In this document: piece by piece, positions 1 through 10,029 of the stretch | How the letters are laid out: each line of letters starts with the position of its first letter | Numbering within the stretch: position 1 is the stretch's first letter | Source of the DNA: an uncultured Phycisphaerales bacterium | Lineage (GTDB): Bacteria; Planctomycetota; Phycisphaerae; Tepidisphaerales; Tepidisphaeraceae | Reading direction: 5' to 3' | NCBI GenBank assembly: GCA_963758525.1 | Contig: CAVWVQ010000003.1 | Location: 1,664,001 to 1,728,000, forward strand | Length of the DNA: 64,000 nt | Notes under the pieces: model-generated | Told to the model about the DNA's origin: nothing | The model's database searches: none | What the model saw: the letters and a program-made list of their open reading frames with translations, nothing else | Made by a program: the position numbers and the translations under genes

Positions 1-829
1 GAGACGGATCTTTTCTGCATGACGATGGCGACCTTCACATGGCCGTCGGCGCGATCGAGCAAATGCGCCGCGGCCGGGCGATCGATGCCGGTGAGGTTGC
101 AGACGATGCGCTCGGCGCGGTCGCGCAGCTTGGCGTTGCTGGCGCGGAGATCGACCATCAGGTTCTCGTACACCTTGCCGAGTTGAACCATCGCGAGCGT
201 GCTGATGGTGTTCAGCACGAGTTTTGTGGCGGTGCCGGCTTTGAGGCGGGTGGAGCCGGTGACGACTTCGGGGCCGGTGAGCGGACGGATGACAATATCG
301 ACAGAGGCTTCGCCCGCGGCGGGCTGCGCAGGAGAGAAAGATCGTCTTTGCGCCGCGGGCTGCCGCTGACCGAAGCGCGCCGTGAACAAACGGAGTGGTT
401 CCCCCGGCGGCGATCCCCATCACTACGTCGTTGCCGTCGACTTGCTTTGCATGGATGGCCGCCGAGCCGTCGGCCTCGCTGTCCTCCGCGCCTTCTTGTG
501 CGCGAAACATCGCCGATTCACCGCCGGCGATGATTCCCTGCACCTGCTGGGGATCGCTGCGAAACGTCGGCGGGCACTCGGATGCGTCCAGCACGCCCAG
601 CCGCCCGCTTGTGCCGGCGCCGACGTAAATGAGGCGTCCGCCGGCGCAGCGCCGCGGTGACAAGCTCGACTGCGCGCGCGATTGCGGCGCGCTGAGCAAC
701 GACAGCCGCGACGGCGATCGCATCCTGCGCCTGCATCAGCGCGACGGCTTCTTCGAGCGGCATCGTGTCGAGCATCATCGACTCAGGCAGCCGTTGTTCG
801 GTGAGAAACTGGGAGCGATCGGTCTGCAC
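1..829 (-). CDS. murQ: N-acetylmuramic acid 6-phosphate etherase; frameshifted, runs off window start
   Basis: N-terminus [13 protein letters not shown]. After a frameshift near 640 the minus strand reads [26 protein letters not shown], and later [38 protein letters not shown], all MurQ signatures. Confidence 0.93.
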
Positions 830-1038
830 CGCGGCACTGTAACCGACGGCATCGCCTAACGCGTCGTTTGCCGTTAAGCAAGCCTAAAATACCGCACTTT
901 TTCCGCGATCTTTCTCGCCATCTTTATCATTGCCCGGCTGTGGTTCTGCCGATAAGATTCCCGCGTACGGATGTTCTGCGTTGCCCGTGGTTGAAGGCAG
1001 ATATTTGGTTAAACCTATAATCAACCCTTGGGGCGTTG

Positions 1039-1191
1039 CCGCCGGTTCGACGCATGCCTGCAGTGTCGCGGATTCATCCGCGGCCAAGACGGGAAGCGGA
1101 AGGCCGGGAAAACGGAAGAACCCTTCCGGTCGGCTTCGACCCACCCTTGTTTGAAGGGTTTGACTGAACCGCTTTCACACGGCACCGGCGG
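1039..1191 (-). ncRNA. ssrS: 6S RNA candidate
   Basis: 153-nt rod-like fold: closing stem CCGCCGGT/ACCGGCGG, then CGTGTG/CATGCG and GCGGT/ACTGC, a large central bubble, and apical stems GTGGGTCGAAG/CTTGGCCGC and GGAAGG/CCTTCC. Intergenic, with no convincing ORF. Confidence 0.6.
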
Positions 1192-1217
1192 ATTTTCCGT
1201 ATGCAAAAAGCACGGCA

Positions 1218-2007
1218 TTAACAGCTCGCGCTGTTAACGGCTGTGCTTTTTTGTTTGCGGCGAAGCAGCAGAATTCGGATCGACTTGTTGTCCGGTGATA
1301 CGATCTGCCGTGTTTCGCTCAATGACCACCCGCGATCGATAATCCAGGAAACGAATTCCTCTCCGGTCTGACGTCCCGGTTCGCCCAGCGCGATCAGGCC
1401 GCCGCGCGCAAGGTGCGCCAGCCAGAAGCGGTGGAGAAATTCCCACTCGGGGCGTTCGTAGAGGATATCGGCGCCGAGGATCAGGTCGAAGCAGCGGCCG
1501 AGGGAATCTGATCGCCAATCGATGCGCTGCACATCGATTCGGTCCTGCCAGGGGAGCGAATTCAGCCGGGCGAAGAGCAACGCCAGTGTTTGAAAATCCG
1601 CAAACGTCACCTGCGCGCCCAACGCCGCCGCGCACGCGCCCGCCAGACCCATTCCACATCCCAGGTCCAGAACGTGCGTGCCAGCGCCATCCGATCGCCC
1701 TGCGATGGACGCGGAGATTTCAGTTTGCCTGGTAATCAGCGGCGATGCGGAAGACGTGAGCCAAAGCGCAAGACCCTGCGCTGTCCCACAATTGAGCCCA
1801 ATATGGCACGCTGGGCGCATCGGGCCCACTCGGCGGATTGCGTTCCGCGGCGGCGGCATCAGCAAGAACGCGGTCGGGGTCGGCGATCCGCGTGAAGTGA
1901 AGCAGCAGCGGGCCAAGATGCAGAACCTGGTCGGCGGTTTGATATCGTTGATGAATGCGAGCCAGAAGACGCATCCGCCGGCGCCGCTCGCTTGGGCCCA
2001 TCATCAA
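1218..2007 (-). CDS. class I SAM-dependent (lysine/protein) methyltransferase, frameshifted
   Basis: PYWAQLWDSA in ORF 1720-2007; VLDLGCGMGLAG and ILGADILYE in ORF 1218-1916. Confidence 0.85.
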
Positions 2008-2750
2008 TTCATCATCGGCTTGGGAGCAACCTCGAACTTCTCGACCGAGTGATGCCCGAACACCACGGGGAAGACGAAGTAGCCGGCGGTGAAAATCGCC
2101 GCAAGCAGCAGCACGTTGACCACCGATGCGATGAGCACGTTCACCACGGCTTCACGCCCGCGCAGATAGAGGCGGCTCTTGGCGGCGACGATCGCGTCGA
2201 TCGCGATCCACAGCGCCGCCAGCGCCCACCCCAGGACGGGGACCAGCGCCAAAATACTGGGCCCCAGCGAGTATGCGAAGATGTTGTAGACCAGAACCTT
2301 GGGAATCTGCCGTTGCGAATCGTGGCTGAGGAGCGTGTAGAAAACTTCGGTGGCGAGCTTGAGAACGGCCAGCGTGAGCGCCACGGCGCCGACAACGCGC
2401 AGTCCCGTTTCAATCAGATATTGCTGGCCATCGACCGTCAGAGTGCCGTCGTTGGGTAATCGGTAATACTGGAACGCGTCCCAGATCCCGAATGAAATGG
2501 CCCACATCGCCCCGCAGGCGATCGCAAATCTCGTGGCCTCGGCGGTGGTTTCCGGACGTCGGATTTGGTCCACCAGCGCGCGGTGCTTGAACAGGCTGCG
2601 CCCTGACGTCTTGAAGAAAGCGGGCAGCAACCCGATCGCGCCGCGATCTTCCCACGGCGTTCCGCTGCCGGGCAGCATCACGTTGTAACTGACTTCGTGC
2701 TTCTTAAGAGATGCGATTTCGACTTCGGTCGGCTTCCCATACGAGGACAT
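2004..2750 (-). CDS. Yip1-like multi-pass membrane protein
   Basis: 248 aa with several TM segments and an N-terminal PWE motif; overlaps the next gene by 4 bp. Confidence 0.65.
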   Translation of the reverse strand: MSSYGKPTEVEIASLKKHEVSYNVMLPGSGTPWEDRGAIGLLPAFFKTSGRSLFKHRALVDQIRRPETTAEATRFAIACGAMWAISFGIWDAFQYYRLPNDGTLTVDGQQYLIETGLRVVGAVALTLAVLKLATEVFYTLLSHDSQRQIPKVLVYNIFAYSLGPSILALVPVLGWALAALWIAIDAIVAAKSRLYLRGREAVVNVLIASVVNVLLLAAIFTAGYFVFPVVFGHHSVEKFEVAPKPMMN

Positions 2751-2818
2751 ACACGCTCTTTGCTTGGTGACTTTTCAGCGGCCTAGCTGTATTCTCGCTT
2801 CGTGAGCCGAGGGATGCA

Positions 2819-3178
2819 ATGAGTGATTGGCGAGCGGAATGTTGCCGAACTGCGCCTGCCATCAAGCGGAACCGGCCCATGTCGCTTCCCGCGGCAAATG
2901 CTTGTCGCGCGATCGGCATAGCCAACCCAATCTGTCTTCTGTCATTTCTGGAGTGCGCTACTTTTCCCAAGCGACGGGTGATTTTACTGCTCCTATTGAC
3001 CTTGTCATTCCTGTCGGGCTGTGAGACGGAGCTGGAAACCGGCTACAAGCCCCGTCCGCTTAACGCCACGTCAACCGATCGCCGAGCCTATTATGCTCCC
3101 CCCTTCACTTCCGAGGCCACCCCTCCCGCCCAGGACAAATCAGGCGGCGAGGGTCTGCACCGGCCCGGCAATTACTGA
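2819..3178 (+). CDS. putative small lipoprotein (true start probably downstream)
   Basis: Hydrophobic stretch ending in lipobox LSGC, then LETGYKPRPL..RRAYYAPPF. Confidence 0.55.
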   Translation: MSDWRAECCRTAPAIKRNRPMSLPAANACRAIGIANPICLLSFLECATFPKRRVILLLLLTLSFLSGCETELETGYKPRPLNATSTDRRAYYAPPFTSEATPPAQDKSGGEGLHRPGNY

Positions 3179-3258
3179 TTTGCCGTTATCGGGCTCTTCG
3201 GGATTCGGTCCCCTGCGCACTAGAATCGCTTGATTTACGATGCATAAGATCAAACGAG

Positions 3259-3927
3259 GTGATTCAACTGCCATCGACTGAGTCTTCGCAATTTGTGTCT
3301 GCCGTGCAACCGCTCCTGGAAGGCAAAGACCTCAAGGGATTGCACGATCTGCTCAAGCGCCGCTGGACGCTCCCGCAGTTGATGTCGTTCCTCGCCTGCG
3401 ACGATGACGACGTGCGGAAGGTCGCCGCGCTGGCGCTCGCTTACGTCGGGCGCAAGTGCAGCATCAAGGCAATTTCGTCGCAACTGCATCACCCCGATCC
3501 GGTTGTCAATCAGATGGCCGAGCATGCGCTCTGGTCGATCTGGTTTCGCTGCGGATCGTCCGAAGAAGCCAACCACGAGTTGTGCCGGGGGACCAAGGCT
3601 CTCAACCGCCGCGAATTTGAGAAGGCCATCGCTCATTTCACCCGTGCGATCGAGGTCGACCCGGACTTTGCCGAAGCGTACAACCAGCGGGCGATCGTCA
3701 AATATCTTCAAGAGCGCTTCGGCGAATCGATTGAAGACTGCCGTCGCACGGTCGAGCTAATGCCCTGTCACTTCGGCGCATGGGCCGGCTTGGGCCATTG
3801 CCATGCCCATGAGGGACACCTGCAGGAAGCGGTGGACTGTTACGATCGCGCTCTGCAGATCAATCCGCATATGGAATGCGTCAGCCAGATGATCGGGGAG
3901 CTTCGACAGAAGCTGTCGCAAGCGTAG
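3259..3927 (+). CDS. HEAT-repeat plus TPR protein
   Basis: VRKVAALAL HEAT-like repeat; TPR motifs AIEVDPDFAEAYNQRA and YDRALQINP. Confidence 0.88.
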   Translation: MIQLPSTESSQFVSAVQPLLEGKDLKGLHDLLKRRWTLPQLMSFLACDDDDVRKVAALALAYVGRKCSIKAISSQLHHPDPVVNQMAEHALWSIWFRCGSSEEANHELCRGTKALNRREFEKAIAHFTRAIEVDPDFAEAYNQRAIVKYLQERFGESIEDCRRTVELMPCHFGAWAGLGHCHAHEGHLQEAVDCYDRALQINPHMECVSQMIGELRQKLSQA

Positions 3928-3934
3928 CAGCCAC

Positions 3935-4921
3935 CTATGCCTTGAAGAACGCGAGCAGTTCTTCGTTCACCCTGTCCTTCAGCGTACTGCACATGCCGTG
4001 CGGAGCGCCCTTGTACACAATCAGCTTGGCATTTCTAATCAGTTTGGAGGAAAGCATGGCGGATGCGCTGATCGGCACAATCTGATCGTCGTCGCCGTGC
4101 AGAACGAGCGTGGGAATGTCGAATCTCTTGCAGTCTTCGGTAAGGTCTGTCTCGGAAAACGCCTTGATGCAAAAGTAGGAAGCCGGGAAACCGGCCATCA
4201 TGCTCTGCAGCCAGAACGAATCGCGAACACCTTCTGAAACCGTCGCGCCGGGCCGGTTATAACCGTAGAACGGCAGACTCAAATCCCTCCAGAACTTTGA
4301 CCGGTCGGCCACGACGGACGATCGGAGCTGGTCGAACGCATCGATCGGCAAACCACCGGGATTGGCGTCAGTCTTCAGCATCAACGGCGGGACGGCGCCG
4401 ATCAGGACGGCCCTGGAGACGCGCTTGGTTCCGTGCCGGCCGATGTATCGCGCGACTTCGCCGCCGCCGGTGGAATGACCGACGTGGATCGCCCCCTTCA
4501 GATCCAGCGCGGCGGTGAGTTCCGCGAGATCGTCGGCATAGGTATCCATGTCGTTGCCGTTCCACGGCTGACTCGATCGGCCGTGGCCTCGACGGTCGTG
4601 GGCAATGCAGCGATAGCCGCGCGACGCCAGAAAAAACATCTGGTCTTCAAACGCGTCGGCGCTCAGCGGCCAGCCGTGGCTGAAGACCACGGGCTGGCCC
4701 GTGCCCCAGTCCTTGTAATAAATCTGCGTGCCGTCTCTTGTCGTAATCGTGTTCATGGGATTGTCTCCTTGCTTGAGGGTTGAGGAACATGGGGTTGAAG
4801 TTGATGGTTGAGCGGCGCATCCGCTGATGGCCGTGAGCGCCGCGGCGGCGACAACCGTCGCGCCGCCAATCAGCACATCGCGGCGGGACATATTCGATGG
4901 TGTCGATCGATCTTGAAGCAT
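3935..4921 (-). CDS. non-heme chloroperoxidase-type alpha/beta hydrolase
   Basis: [33 protein letters not shown] nucleophile, [14 protein letters not shown]. An alternative start at 4756 has an AGGAG RBS. Confidence 0.93.
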   Translation of the reverse strand: MLQDRSTPSNMSRRDVLIGGATVVAAAALTAISGCAAQPSTSTPCSSTLKQGDNPMNTITTRDGTQIYYKDWGTGQPVVFSHGWPLSADAFEDQMFFLASRGYRCIAHDRRGHGRSSQPWNGNDMDTYADDLAELTAALDLKGAIHVGHSTGGGEVARYIGRHGTKRVSRAVLIGAVPPLMLKTDANPGGLPIDAFDQLRSSVVADRSKFWRDLSLPFYGYNRPGATVSEGVRDSFWLQSMMAGFPASYFCIKAFSETDLTEDCKRFDIPTLVLHGDDDQIVPISASAMLSSKLIRNAKLIVYKGAPHGMCSTLKDRVNEELLAFFKA

Positions 4922-4931
4922 GTGCTTCCAT

Positions 4932-5639
4932 TCAAAAAGTAGTGGTTCGGATCAGAACAGGCGCCTCGACCGCGCGGAGGCCCTGACCGGTTCGCACCCA
5001 GATGCGAAACGTGATGACGGCTGTGAACAACGTCAGGCCGGTCGGAAGTGCAACACGATCGATATCGAAGTTGAGCAGTTCCGCTCCGCCAAGGCCGAAG
5101 GAAAACGTGACGACAAGCAAGCCGAGCAATTGAGAGGCGGCGGTTGCTCTGTGATCCCTCATGCTCGCCAATCGTTGCGTTGAGGCGGCGAGATAACCAT
5201 CAACGCCGTCGACGATGACCATTCCGGAGGTAAACGCGGCGCCAACAATCCACGGATTCAAACGATTCGTCAGGATCAACGCGGCGAATTGCGAAGCAGT
5301 TTCAAAACCAGCGGCGAGCAGCATTCCCAGAAGAAACGGCTGGCCGATGACGGGCCGACGGGTGGCGGCTGGCGCCGGCGCGGGCCGCACGACGCGCCAG
5401 AGGTTGAGCGCGCCGATGAGGATCAACACCCACGGCCCCAGGAATGCGACGCGACTGGCGATTGCCGCGCCGACTCTCACCGACAGCAGCGTCACCACCA
5501 GACCGTGGCCGAGCGCGAAGAACAATCCGTTTGCGGGGCGCGGACGAATTCGTGACAGCCCGTCGATCGCCGTGAGATGGTCGGGGTCTGCGCCATGACG
5601 CATTCCAAGGGCCAGAGCAATCAGAAGTGCTGAGTTCAC
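4932..5639 (-). CDS. HoxN/HupN/NixA (NiCoT) nickel/cobalt transporter
   Basis: [15 protein letters not shown] and FFALGH signatures, GFETASQ, multiple TM segments. Confidence 0.9.
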   Translation of the reverse strand: MNSALLIALALGMRHGADPDHLTAIDGLSRIRPRPANGLFFALGHGLVVTLLSVRVGAAIASRVAFLGPWVLILIGALNLWRVVRPAPAPAATRRPVIGQPFLLGMLLAAGFETASQFAALILTNRLNPWIVGAAFTSGMVIVDGVDGYLAASTQRLASMRDHRATAASQLLGLLVVTFSFGLGGAELLNFDIDRVALPTGLTLFTAVITFRIWVRTGQGLRAVEAPVLIRTTTF

Positions 5640-5655
5640 GGATCACCTTTCGCTT

Positions 5656-6090
5656 TCAGATCGTTTGCAGAACGCTCTGGCTCGACTTGAGGCCGATCGA
5701 GCGAAATGGATTAAATCGTCTTTGGCTCATCTCCGGAGAAAGCGGCGACGGTCTCCCCGCAACGTTGCTTTCTTCAGCCCACTTCACGATGGCCAGGTAA
5801 TCATCGATCGAGCGGAGATTGCCGAGCCAGATATCATCAGCAACGCTGGAGATGCGCACGACGTTGATCACATCACACGGGCCGAGGCACCCGCTGATGC
5901 AGAGTTGAACGACTTTTGAAAGCCCGCGGGCACGCCACTCCTGCTTCATTCGATCGACAGGCACCATCGGCTTGCCGCGTTCGACATTTCCGCAGCAGCA
6001 TCCTTTGCAGACCGAAACCTGCGCGATCACCATCCGCCTGGTTGTCAGCGGGTGATGCGATGCCGCCGAATTGGGAGCTTCGCCGGTCAT
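5656..6090 (-). CDS. thioredoxin-like [2Fe-2S] ferredoxin family, Cys-rich protein
   Basis: VCKGCCCG and SGCLGPC motifs; ATG at 6090 overlaps the upstream stop (ATGA). Confidence 0.75.
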   Translation of the reverse strand: MTGEAPNSAASHHPLTTRRMVIAQVSVCKGCCCGNVERGKPMVPVDRMKQEWRARGLSKVVQLCISGCLGPCDVINVVRISSVADDIWLGNLRSIDDYLAIVKWAEESNVAGRPSPLSPEMSQRRFNPFRSIGLKSSQSVLQTI

Positions 6091-6425
6091 GACATGTGCT
6101 CCGGCGCAAACCGCGCTTCGACCTCGGCCATCTTGATGACCAGCTCCTCGGGCGTAAGAACTCCCTTCGCGAAGAGGATATTTGCGAACGTGGCAATCCA
6201 TCGCTGGTAGTACGACAGCTTCGCAATCATCTCGCTGCCCAGCGCCTCCACTCCCCGGCGTTTCTCCTCAGTATTGATGATCTTGTGAAAATCCAACACG
6301 TCAGCCAGCGCGTGGCAGCGCTTTTCCCACGGTTCCAGGACATGATCCACGCGCTCAAAGCGATCCGACAGAACGCCACCGATATCGTTTGGCAGTTGCC
6401 TCAAAAGGTCTTCCGGATAAGTCAT
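6087..6425 (-). CDS. thiocyanate hydrolase beta-like subunit (nitrile hydratase beta N-terminal domain)
   Basis: EPWEKRCHAL..EEKRRGVEALG..LSYYQRWI..LFAKGVLTPEEL. Confidence 0.85.
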   Translation of the reverse strand: MTYPEDLLRQLPNDIGGVLSDRFERVDHVLEPWEKRCHALADVLDFHKIINTEEKRRGVEALGSEMIAKLSYYQRWIATFANILFAKGVLTPEELVIKMAEVEARFAPEHMS

Positions 6426-7090
6426 TGCACATCTCCTTCAGTTGGCTCGGTCGCGGGGACGACGCCAATCATTGCGTCGCGCGTGACGAGGGCGGCGAGT
6501 TGTTCCGCGTTGAAGTTCTCCGTCCCCTTTGGTCTTCGCGGCAGCACGAGATACCGCACCATCGCCGTGGAGTCGCTGACGTTGATGGCCACATCCTCGG
6601 GAATAAGCGTGCCGAACTCTGCGAGCAGCGCCCGCGGTTCCTTCACCGCCCGCGCCCGATACGGCTTGAGCTTGTACCAATCGGGAGGAAGTCCCAGTAC
6701 GGGACGCGGGTAGCAGGAGCAGAGCGTGCAGACGAGCAGGTTGTGAACCTTCTCGGTGTTTTCCACCACGATCAGCCGAGTGTCATCATAGAAAGTGATC
6801 CCCATCTCCTCGCACGCCGCCCGACCATCGGCCAGGAGCCGCGCCCGAAACTCCGGCTCCAGCCAGGCCCGTGCGACAATTTTCGCGCCCAGCGCCGGCG
6901 TGCGGGAGTCGAGCACCTCGATCTGACGGCGGATTTCACTGGCCGCGATCAGTTGCTTCTCAACCAGAAGCTCACGGACCGCCGTCTCCATGATCTCGTA
7001 GTAGCTGGGCGGCTGCTCAGAGGTGGTGATGGGAGTGTGCGCATGATCATGGGGTTCTGCAGACATATTCGCTTCCTTGTTTGCGCTCAC
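6422..7090 (-). CDS. cobalt thiocyanate hydrolase gamma / nitrile hydratase alpha subunit
   Basis: Cys cluster VCTLCSCYPR (Co-type CTLCSCY), GAKIVARAW, EPRALLAEFG, RYLVLPRRP, LVTRDAMIG. Confidence 0.95.
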   Translation of the reverse strand: MSANKEANMSAEPHDHAHTPITTSEQPPSYYEIMETAVRELLVEKQLIAASEIRRQIEVLDSRTPALGAKIVARAWLEPEFRARLLADGRAACEEMGITFYDDTRLIVVENTEKVHNLLVCTLCSCYPRPVLGLPPDWYKLKPYRARAVKEPRALLAEFGTLIPEDVAINVSDSTAMVRYLVLPRRPKGTENFNAEQLAALVTRDAMIGVVPATEPTEGDVQ

Positions 7091-7458
7091 CTGCGCGGTT
7101 CAATCTTCTCGAGCCAGGTCTCGTACACTTCGATGCGGAGCCCATCGTTGGGAGAGCCGAAATAGCCCGGCCACAAATCCGACAGGGGAATGCCGACGCG
7201 GTAGTAATGAAGTTTCGGCCCGGCGTTTCGACCGAATCCTTCTTCCTCGTTATTGATGGCGGCCGGCTCGATGACTGCTTCGACAACGGCTTGTTTGCCA
7301 CGAACATAGCGCGGTACGCGGTAATGACCGACGGGACAGCGGACGGAAATCCGCACGCGATCGCCGGGCTGGAACAGTGGTTCCTCCCCGAGCGCTTTCA
7401 CCAATTCCAAAAGCGGCTGTGCCTGTGTTCCTGACTGCAGCATCGGAGCATCCTTCAT
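7087..7458 (-). CDS. thiocyanate hydrolase alpha-like subunit (nitrile hydratase beta C-terminal SH3-like domain)
   Basis: FQPGDRVRI..GHYRVPRYVRGK..YYRV..DLW..IEVYETWLE; GGAG RBS before the ATG at 7458. Confidence 0.88.
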   Translation of the reverse strand: MKDAPMLQSGTQAQPLLELVKALGEEPLFQPGDRVRISVRCPVGHYRVPRYVRGKQAVVEAVIEPAAINNEEEGFGRNAGPKLHYYRVGIPLSDLWPGYFGSPNDGLRIEVYETWLEKIEPRR

Positions 7459-7676
7459 AGTTGGACTCCATCGCGGACATCTCGGCCTTTGCAAGGATGA
7501 GGCCAAAGGTTCCGAAGGATGGAAATGATCCCAGCGAGGTCCGAATGCAGCGTTCACCAGCAATGCGGCATTAGGTGGGTAAATTCTCTTCCCCCGGCTT
7601 GCAGCCGCAGGGTAACTCTTCTGCCCGTGTGAGGCTGGCGAGTCGTAGTGTCGTCCGTTCTTTCCGCGCCAAATGT

Positions 7677-7734
7677 TGCAGGGCGCGATTCATCCCGCCG
7701 CGGCGGTGGAACGGCGGGATGAATCCCGCCCTAC
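7677..7734. repeat. GTAG-type REP doublet (REPIN-like)
   Basis: GCAGGGCGCGATTCATCCCGCCG..CGGCGGGATGAATCCCGCCCTAC; related copies at 36698 and 46113. Confidence 0.85.
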
Positions 7735-8038
7735 GCTGCTGCGGCGATCCGCGCCCGCGGTGCTTCGGGTTGCCTTTATCTGTGTCCGTCCTCCCTCCCG
7801 GCGCACGGGAGGGCAATACTCTTCGTCTTTGGTCTTTCACCTCTGCGAATCCGAGACTCGGCATCCGCTTTGCGGAAGAGCAAAGAGGGAGTAATCGCCG
7901 CAGATAAACAATCAGATGAACCCAGATAAAGCCTTGAATTCGACGAATGTCTTGAGGTCAAATGCTCTGCATCAGAATCGATGGTGCATAGATTTGCAGT
8001 CCGCCCTCAACCGCTCCAGCTTGTGAAAGGAACCGTTT

Positions 8039-8506
8039 ATGCCTGCACGTCCGCCACTGCCTCCGTTCGATCGAGAATCCGCCATTCTAAAAGTCCGCCT
8101 GGCGGAGGATGGCTGGAATTCGCGCGATCCGGAGAAAGTATCCCTGGCTTACTCGATCGATTCCCGCTGGAGAAATCGAGCCGAGTTCGTCGCCGGCCGA
8201 GAGAATATCGTCACATTCCTGACGAGAAAATGGGTGAAGGAACTGGAATACCGCCTGATCAAAGAGCTTTGGGCTTTTGACGGCAATCGCATTGCGGTGC
8301 GCTTCGCCTATGAATCGCATGACGACTCGGGCAACTGGTTTCGTTCCTATGGAAATGAAAACTGGGAATTCGCTGACGACGGACTGATGCGGGCTCGATT
8401 CGCATGCATTAATGATCTGCCGATCAAAGAAGTCGATCGCAAATTTCATTGGCCGATCGGGCGGCGTCCCGATGGCCATCCGGGGTTGAGTGATCTGGGG
8501 ATGTAG
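8039..8506 (+). CDS. DUF1348 / NTF2-like family protein
   Basis: [43 protein letters not shown]. Confidence 0.93.
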   Translation: MPARPPLPPFDRESAILKVRLAEDGWNSRDPEKVSLAYSIDSRWRNRAEFVAGRENIVTFLTRKWVKELEYRLIKELWAFDGNRIAVRFAYESHDDSGNWFRSYGNENWEFADDGLMRARFACINDLPIKEVDRKFHWPIGRRPDGHPGLSDLGM

Positions 8507-8675
8507 GAGAGGGTTCAGGGTGTCAGGAGTTTGGCTTTTTCCACTGGCCGCTGCGGCCTGACGCCGCGAATCCCGAGAGCGCGGGCGCGAATGACGTTCA
8601 CGCCTTCGGCAAAAATTGCGATCGCACGGCCTACCAGGTGCGGTGCGGGCGCGCCACACTTGGTATGATTAGAGG

Positions 8676-9128
8676 ATGCAGCTTACAGCGAACATTCTGA
8701 CGAGAGCGCAGATCATCAACGGCGGGTTCGAGCTTACGATTGCAAAGGCAGGAACCGAGTGGAACAAATCGCAGCTAGGCGACTACGCGGACAAAAGCGG
8801 GGTGTACATCCTCCATTCAAATGGGCAGATTCTGTACATCGGCAAGGCGACCAAGGGAAAGTTCGGTACCTTTGCCGAACGACTGCGGAGGCAGTGCCAG
8901 GAGAAGGCTGCGGGGAACAGCCCCTTGTTTCAAGCGCTTTGCCAGTGTGCTCCCGCGCGTGTGCGAGCGTATCTTCTCGATCTGGAGGACGTCGACATGA
9001 TGATTGATCCTGGCCCAATGAAGCTATCGGCGCCTCGTAAGGCGCTCATGATGGAACAGCTGCTAATCGGGCTGTACCTTCCGCCGCATAACCGGGCGGA
9101 CGTGGAAGCGGAGGAAGACCCGACGTGA
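8676..9128 (+). CDS. stand-alone GIY-YIG nuclease family protein
   Basis: SGVYIL..ILYIGKA..RLR..EQLLI...PPHN. Confidence 0.75.
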   Translation: MQLTANILTRAQIINGGFELTIAKAGTEWNKSQLGDYADKSGVYILHSNGQILYIGKATKGKFGTFAERLRRQCQEKAAGNSPLFQALCQCAPARVRAYLLDLEDVDMMIDPGPMKLSAPRKALMMEQLLIGLYLPPHNRADVEAEEDPT

Positions 9129-9192
9129 CACCCGTCTTCAGGCGGGGTTCACGTTTATTCTAAGAATCGAGAACCTGGGGGGCGGCCAGTCT

Positions 9193-9582
9193 TCACTTCC
9201 AGTGCCTGCTCACACCATACTGGTCTAAGATCGCATCCGCACTGACCAGCGACAGCCCTTCGATGATCGCCTGCGCGATGAGCAGCCGGTCGAACGGGTC
9301 TTTATGATGCGGCGGCAGCGCCTCGACGAAAGTGGCGTGGGCTAGTTCGATCGCCAGCAGGTCGAACCCGTTCGCCGCCAGTTCCCGAGGCAGAAATGTC
9401 TTCGCAGACTCGCCGAGGTCAAGTTTCTTCAGCGCCACCTTGATCGCGATCTCCCAACAGGAGGCCACACTAACAAGCTTTCTGTTTCCCGGGTCTTCGA
9501 TCAGCGCTTTGGCTGTCGGTGTTAAGGGCGGATCGTCGGCAAGAAACCAGAGCAGCGCATGCGTGTCCAAGAGCAGATTCAC
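9193..9582 (-). CDS. vapC: VapC/PIN toxin
   Basis: LLLDTHALLW, SVASCWEIAIK, HHKDPFDRLLIAQA. Confidence 0.95.
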   Translation of the reverse strand: MNLLLDTHALLWFLADDPPLTPTAKALIEDPGNRKLVSVASCWEIAIKVALKKLDLGESAKTFLPRELAANGFDLLAIELAHATFVEALPPHHKDPFDRLLIAQAIIEGLSLVSADAILDQYGVSRHWK

Positions 9583-9809
9583 TCCATGTACTCCTTGAAT
9601 TCTTCGAGCGGCTCGTCAAAGTCCGGCGCCATGTGGATTTTCCCTTTGGCGCTTCCCGCCTTACATGGCCACTGCTTCTGCGATCCGGTGTGGGCGAGCT
9701 TCGCCACGGGCTGGTTGTTCTCGGTAATCACCACTTCGTCGCCCGGAGTGAGTCGATGGATCAGATCCGCGAGCCGGGCCTGTGCTTCTTGAATGGAGAT
9801 GGTGGACAT
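9579..9809 (-). CDS. Phd/YefM-type antitoxin
   Basis: ISIQEAQARL..EVVITENNQPVAKL..APDFDEPLEEFKEY; 4-bp overlap with vapC. Confidence 0.92.
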   Translation of the reverse strand: MSTISIQEAQARLADLIHRLTPGDEVVITENNQPVAKLAHTGSQKQWPCKAGSAKGKIHMAPDFDEPLEEFKEYME

Positions 9810-10029
9810 CGTTGGATTACCTCTTCGTTAGGTTCGCCGACTGGCGACCGACGGATCTGATTATACACTATCGAGGGCTGTTAACCTCCAATTGTAGATT
9901 TGGTTTTTGACGAAGTTATCAAGCTTGTTTGGACGTTGCCTTGAGGAAATATGCTGGCACAGTGTTTGATGAGGGCGTTGGACGTGACGACACCCCCGCC
10001 TGTTCCGCCCAGAAGAAAGGCATGCTTTC

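Noticed and set aside
7440..7480. GCGATGGAGT resembling a fluoride riboswitch start (minus strand)
   Set aside because: The pairing partner and downstream consensus are absent; GGAG is simply the RBS.
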